The notes under the pieces were generated by a model. It ran no database searches, was not told where the DNA came from, and saw only the letters and a program-made list of their open reading frames with translations. A DNA stretch of 64,000 nucleotides, from contig SBEG01000013.1 in assembly GCA_009668975.1 (NCBI GenBank), forward strand, positions 24,602-88,601, read 5' to 3'. The stretch is from Deltaproteobacteria bacterium (GTDB taxonomy: Bacteria; Desulfobacterota; Desulfuromonadia; Geobacterales; Geobacteraceae). Below, piece after piece: positions 60,701-64,000 of this stretch; the stretch's first letter is position 1, and each line of letters opens with the position of its first letter. The position numbers and the translations under genes are program-made.

Positions 60701-61338
60701 ACCGGGTGGTCGGGAGAGAGCGCCCGTGCCCGGTGGGCGGCAATCAAGGTGTTGTCGAGCATCGCCCGCATCTCATCGAAACTGAGCTCCGCTACTTTCT
60801 GCACCTCATGGGAGGTCCTGAAGCCGTCGAAAAAATGAAGAAACGGCACCCGGGAACGAAGGGTTGCGGCCTGGGCAATCAAGGCAAAATCCATTACCTC
60901 CTGGACATTATTCGAGCAGAGCATGGCCCAGCCGGTGGTACGGCAGGCCATCACATCGGAATGATCACCAAAGATCGAAAGTGCCTGAGCGGCAATCGCA
61001 CGTGCCGACACGTGAAATACCGTAGAGGTAAGCTCACCCGCTATTTTGAACATATTCGGGATCATCAGCAGCAACCCCTGACTGGCGGTAAAAGTCGTCG
61101 TCAGGGTGCCGGCCTGCAGTGCACCATGCACCGCCCCGGCCGCGCCGGCTTCAGACTGCATTTCGGTAACGAGGGGAACGGTCCCCCAGATATTCCTTTC
61201 CCCCCGTGCACTCTTGATGTCCGATATTTCGCCCATATTCGAGGAAGGGGTAATGGGGTAAATGGCGATAACTTCGTTGGTGGCATGCGCCACATGAGCG
61301 GCTGCGGTGTTTCCATCAATAATTTTCTGGTTATGCAT
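57784..61338 (-). CDS. nifJ: Pyruvate:ferredoxin (flavodoxin) oxidoreductase
   Basis: 1184 aa. Ferredoxin motifs [13 protein letters not shown] and [16 protein letters not shown] site [13 protein letters not shown]. Confidence 0.95.
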   Translation of the reverse strand: MHNQKIIDGNTAAAHVAHATNEVIAIYPITPSSNMGEISDIKSARGERNIWGTVPLVTEMQSEAGAAGAVHGALQAGTLTTTFTASQGLLLMIPNMFKIAGELTSTVFHVSARAIAAQALSIFGDHSDVMACRTTGWAMLCSNNVQEVMDFALIAQAATLRSRVPFLHFFDGFRTSHEVQKVAELSFDEMRAMLDNTLIAAHRARALSPDHPVIRGTSQNPDIYFQGRETVHRYYLETPAIVQQEMAKFAELTGRSYGLVDYVGALDAERVIVLMGSGADTVHETVETLTGQGEKVGVVKIRLYRPFPAAAFMAALPSSVKKIAVLDRTKEPGSLGEPLYLDVRCAVAEAFAVQKTSATATPVIVGGRYGLGSKEFTPAMVKAVFDNLKDDLPKNHFVIGIHDDVCGTSLDFDARYSNETGDVYSALFYGLASDGTVGANKNSIAIIGEKTANNVQAYFVYDSKKAGTITTSHLRFGNRVIRSPYLVEKADFIACHNFTFLEKSDMLARAKEGATFLLCSPFGKEEVWDKLPLEVQQQIIEKKLRFHVINAAKIAEELGLGGRINVIMQTAFFKISSVIPMNSALPAIKDAVKKSYAKAGQKVVDMNCKAVDAALENIAEVAVPLSPTSACTRPPLVSAGAPAFVQDVLATIIAGNGDQLPISKIPSDGTFPTATSRYEKRNIAFEIPLWDETLCLQCGLCSFVCPHAAIRMKICDPAAFASAPAEFRSIEARGGEFAGLNCSVQVAPEDCIGCALCVVNCPGRSKSDPDQRAITMQPKVPVREREVAHWEFFLSLPETDPALVKRETLKGSQLIAPLFEFSGACAGCGETPYLKLLSQLFGDRALIANSTGCTSIVGGNMPTTPWATRADGRGPAWSNSLFEDTAEFGFGMRLAVDKLSESARELLDGLMNCGCSVCGSARELMGEIRDADQSTQQAIELQRTRVATLKEKLTSCTDPAAQQLLTVADYLVRKSVWSIGGDGWAYDIGYGGLDHVVASDKNINLLVLDTEVYSNTGGQASKSTPLGAVAQFAAGGKATPKKDLGLMVMSYGTAYVAGISLSNPAQAIRAFLEAEAYDGPSLIIAYAHCIAHGIDMAQGIDSQKKAVACGHWPLFRYNPALAAEGKNPLQLDSKPPTISFEDFAATQNRFKVLRQIDPQAAEELIVRANAWTGKRAAMYRKLAE

Positions 61339-61673
61339 TGTTACTTTCTCCTTTTTTCTTGAAAGAGATAGAGATCTTGTTACGTTGCCCTATTCCGTTG
61401 GTATTGCTTTGATCTATGGTACAGCATGCAGTTTTCCGGCACCCTCGCGGCAGCATGGAGTGTGCATGAATCAAGCAGCCTGTGTGTTGATACGCACCAC
61501 CTCTGGCGACCGGCTGCAAGTAGCTACGAAGAGGGTGCCGTCCAGCCTTTACCAGAACATTCCGGATAAAAAAGCGTAGATAAATTCAGGATACACTTCG
61601 GGCTTGATCGCAGGCATGGTGCCGCAAGCCGACCCGGAAGAAAGACGAATTTCTCGTGGCTAAAAGGGGGAAA

Positions 61674-62015
61674 CTAGATTTTGGGGGGAATGAAAATATC
61701 CGGCCAAGCTCCTGGAACAGCTTGCGTATCCGGAGAAATGGCCATCAGAGAATCATGGGGAGGATTCAAAAGTCTGAACGAAACACAAGAAAAGAAAAAG
61801 TCATAATCGACAAACGATTGTTTGGGTGGCTTGAAATCACCCATGGCGTTATTAGCTGTGTCCAGAGGGTCTGCCTGGTAGAGTGATTGTGAGATATCCG
61901 TGCCGGACGACACACTCATTTCTTTCGCAAAAGTGGTCGACTTCATGATTGCCACGAAAACAATCAGCATCATCAGTACCGCGGCGAATTTTTTACAGGT
62001 TACGTTTCTGAACAT
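61674..62015 (-). CDS. Small secreted hypothetical protein
   Basis: MFRNVTCKKFAAVLMMLIVFVAIMKSTTFA signal peptide. AGGTGA lies 8 nt upstream of the start. Confidence 0.4.
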   Translation of the reverse strand: MFRNVTCKKFAAVLMMLIVFVAIMKSTTFAKEMSVSSGTDISQSLYQADPLDTANNAMGDFKPPKQSFVDYDFFFSCVSFRLLNPPHDSLMAISPDTQAVPGAWPDIFIPPKI

Positions 62016-62155
62016 GTGATCAATCACCTGAAAATAAACTGGGTATCGTCATTTGAACCTTTGAACAAGTAGAAACTTTTTTGCCTTTTTTTGTCAAGAA
62101 AATTTTCCCGGCGGAACAAAACTATCCGGGAGAAAATTTCGGGGCAATTAGACAA

Positions 62156-62175
62156 GGGCACGGCGCGCCGTGCCC
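62156..62175 (-). terminator. GC-rich palindromic hairpin downstream of the ABC-F gene
   Basis: GGGCACGGCGCGCCGTGCCC, followed by a T-rich stretch on the minus strand. Confidence 0.6.
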
Positions 62176-62226
62176 CTACATCAGATTGTGACAATTAATT
62201 GACGAGGTTGATCCGCAGCGCTCGCT

Positions 62227-63864
62227 CTACAGGTTCAACTCCTGATGACCATGGCACATTTCATCGCGCAGGCGGGCAATCTCACCATTTTCCAGGTATT
62301 CGTCAAAACCCATCACCCGGTCGATAATCCCGGCCGGGGTGATTTCAACGATTCTATTTGCCACCGTGGAGACAAATTCATGGTCGTGGGAGGCGAACAG
62401 CACCACTTCCGAGTAAGAGATCAGACCATTGTTCAGGGCGGTAATGGATTCGAGGTCCAGGTGATTGGTCGGCTCATCCAGGAGCAGGGCATTGGCGCCG
62501 GACAGCATCATCCGGGAAAGCATGCAGCGGACCTTTTCCCCGCCGGACAGAACGCTGGTCATCTTCAGCGCTTCCTCCCCGGAAAAGAGCATCCGGCCAA
62601 GGAACCCGCGGGCAAATGATTCTCCCTCGGTGGGCGGAGAAAACTGGCCGAGCCATTCGATCAGGTTCATCTCGCTGGCAAAATAATCGCCGTGATCTTT
62701 CGGGAAATAGGCCGGAGTGATCGTGACGCCCCAACGGAAGCTGCCGCTGTCCGGCTCAAGCTCCCCGGCCAGGATCTGGAATAGGGTGGTTTTTGCCAGG
62801 CTGTTGCCGCCGACAAAGGCGATCTTGTCGCCCTTGCCCACCGTCAGAGTCAGATTATTCAGCACCGGCAGGCCATCGATTGACTTACAAAGATCTTTGA
62901 TCTCCAGAATGATGTCGCCGCAAGCGCGTTCCGGCTTGAACACCACGTAGGGATATTTGCGGGATGAAACCGGCATATCCTCAATGGTCAGCTTTTCCAG
63001 CAGCTTCTTTCGGGAAGTGGCCTGTTTGGCCTTCGAGGCGTTGGAACTGAAGCGTTGGATAAACTCCTTCAGTTCGTTGGCCTTGTCGGTAATCTTACGG
63101 TTTTCGTCCTGCTTCTGTTTCAGGTTCAACTGGCTGGCCTGATACCAGAAATCGTAGTTCCCCACGTACACCTGGATGCGGTTGAAGTCGATATCGGCGA
63201 TATGGGTACAGACCTGGTTGAGAAAATGGCGGTCATGGGAGACGACAATAACGGTATTGGGAAAGCGGTAGAGGAAATCCTCCAGCCAGGCGATGGATTT
63301 CAGGTCCAGGTGGTTGGTTGGTTCGTCCAGGAGCAGAACGTCCGGGTTACCGAACAGGGCCTGGGCCAACAGCACCCGCACCTTTTCTCCCGCTTCCAAT
63401 TCCTTCATCGTTTTGGAACGCAACTCCTCGGGAATGCCAAGGCCGTTAAGCAGCACCGCAGCCTCAGATTCGGCCTCGTAGCCGTTCATCTCGGCAAACT
63501 CCGCCTCCAGCTCTGCCGAGCGGATCCCGTCCTCTTCACTGAAATCGCCCTTTGAATAAATCTGCTCCCGTTCTGCCATGATCTTGTAGAGCTTTTCATG
63601 GCCCATGATAACGGTATTGAAAACCGTCTCTTCGTCGAATGCGAATTGATCCTGGCGAAGCACGGCAATTCTCTCACGGGTCCCGACCGAAATCTCCCCT
63701 TTGTCCGGTTGGATCTCGCCGGAAAGAATCTTGAGGAAGGTGGACTTGCCGGCGCCATTGGCTCCGATCAGACCGTAGCAATTGCCCGGGGTGAACTTGA
63801 TGGAGACATCTTTAAACAGGACCCGCTTGCCATACGACAGGGTCACGTTGTTTGTGCTGATCAT
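62227..63864 (-). CDS. ABC-F family ATPase (YbiT/EttA-like; no TM domain)
   Basis: 545 aa from MISTNNVTLSYG. Two NBDs (GANGAGKST; LSGGEKVR; LLLDEPTNHLD twice) are joined by a linker. Confidence 0.9.
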   Translation of the reverse strand: MISTNNVTLSYGKRVLFKDVSIKFTPGNCYGLIGANGAGKSTFLKILSGEIQPDKGEISVGTRERIAVLRQDQFAFDEETVFNTVIMGHEKLYKIMAEREQIYSKGDFSEEDGIRSAELEAEFAEMNGYEAESEAAVLLNGLGIPEELRSKTMKELEAGEKVRVLLAQALFGNPDVLLLDEPTNHLDLKSIAWLEDFLYRFPNTVIVVSHDRHFLNQVCTHIADIDFNRIQVYVGNYDFWYQASQLNLKQKQDENRKITDKANELKEFIQRFSSNASKAKQATSRKKLLEKLTIEDMPVSSRKYPYVVFKPERACGDIILEIKDLCKSIDGLPVLNNLTLTVGKGDKIAFVGGNSLAKTTLFQILAGELEPDSGSFRWGVTITPAYFPKDHGDYFASEMNLIEWLGQFSPPTEGESFARGFLGRMLFSGEEALKMTSVLSGGEKVRCMLSRMMLSGANALLLDEPTNHLDLESITALNNGLISYSEVVLFASHDHEFVSTVANRIVEITPAGIIDRVMGFDEYLENGEIARLRDEMCHGHQELNL

Positions 63865-63890
63865 TCTTTGAAACTCCCTTGTTGATAAAT

Positions 63891-63920
63891 AAAAAAACCA
63901 CAGGGTTGGCCCCTGTGGTT
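63891..63920 (-). terminator. Rho-independent terminator of a gene lying beyond the window end
   Basis: On the minus strand: ACCACAGGG-gccaa-CCCTGTGGT followed by TTTTTTT. Confidence 0.75.
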
Positions 63921-64000
63921 CAGGTGATGTATCTTTATACCATTTTCGGCACGAGCGGGGCAACCTTTATTCCAAACCGCAAGATAACCCGGACAGAAGG

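Overview
This 64 kb window looks like a chromosomal segment of a moderately GC-rich, anaerobic Gram-negative bacterium. The gene content resembles Desulfuromonadales or Geobacter-type organisms, but that is inference only, since no search was possible.

I can support about 55 protein genes, most on the minus strand. I recognised no rRNA gene, tRNA gene, CRISPR array or prophage.

**Core blocks**
- cydC (5' partial), blc, add, a PucC-type MFS transporter and a rubrerythrin-like protein.
- A four-domain CoA-disulfide-reductase/rhodanese/TusA/DsrE fusion.
- yihY, ytxH and a DUF948 gene, followed by sucCD.
- A long minus-strand operon: branched-chain 2-oxoacid dehydrogenase E1alpha/E1beta/E2, a split archaeal-type ADP-forming acyl-CoA synthetase (alpha and beta), and a GapN-like aldehyde dehydrogenase.
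- marR, pap, corA and dgt.
- A class II aldolase-like gene, rsmD, coaD and an aminotransferase.
- A PAS hybrid histidine kinase, clpB, and a metal-uptake cluster.
- purC, tsaC and purE, then nifJ (PFOR) and an ABC-F ATPase.

**Most unusual part: an AT-richer, repeat-laden accessory stretch (about 7.6-18.4 kb)**
- It encodes several secreted or lipoprotein orphans: a protein that is about 23% tyrosine, a 446-aa orphan, and a lipoprotein with eight repeats.
- It carries an intact HUH/Y1 (RayT/IS200-like) transposase fused to a DnaA-domain-IV-like HTH, plus a 10-codon relic of a second copy.
- It also holds an IS3 transposase fragment cut off by a MITE-like inverted-repeat element.
- At least four families of short non-coding repeats occur here. 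One is a 33-nt perfect palindrome present four times in the window.

**Disrupted genes**
- A FecR-like W/Y/G-rich protein carries an in-frame TGA.
- A polyphosphate:AMP phosphotransferase carries an in-frame TAA.
- Both flank marR, and in both the protein-like sequence continues in frame past the stop.

I found no recognisable defence, toxin or secretion system. The most promising candidate for something undescribed is the RayT-DnaA_C gene with its associated palindromes, a REPtron-like arrangement. The orphan secreted pair is the next candidate. All family calls come from motif recognition by eye and need database confirmation.
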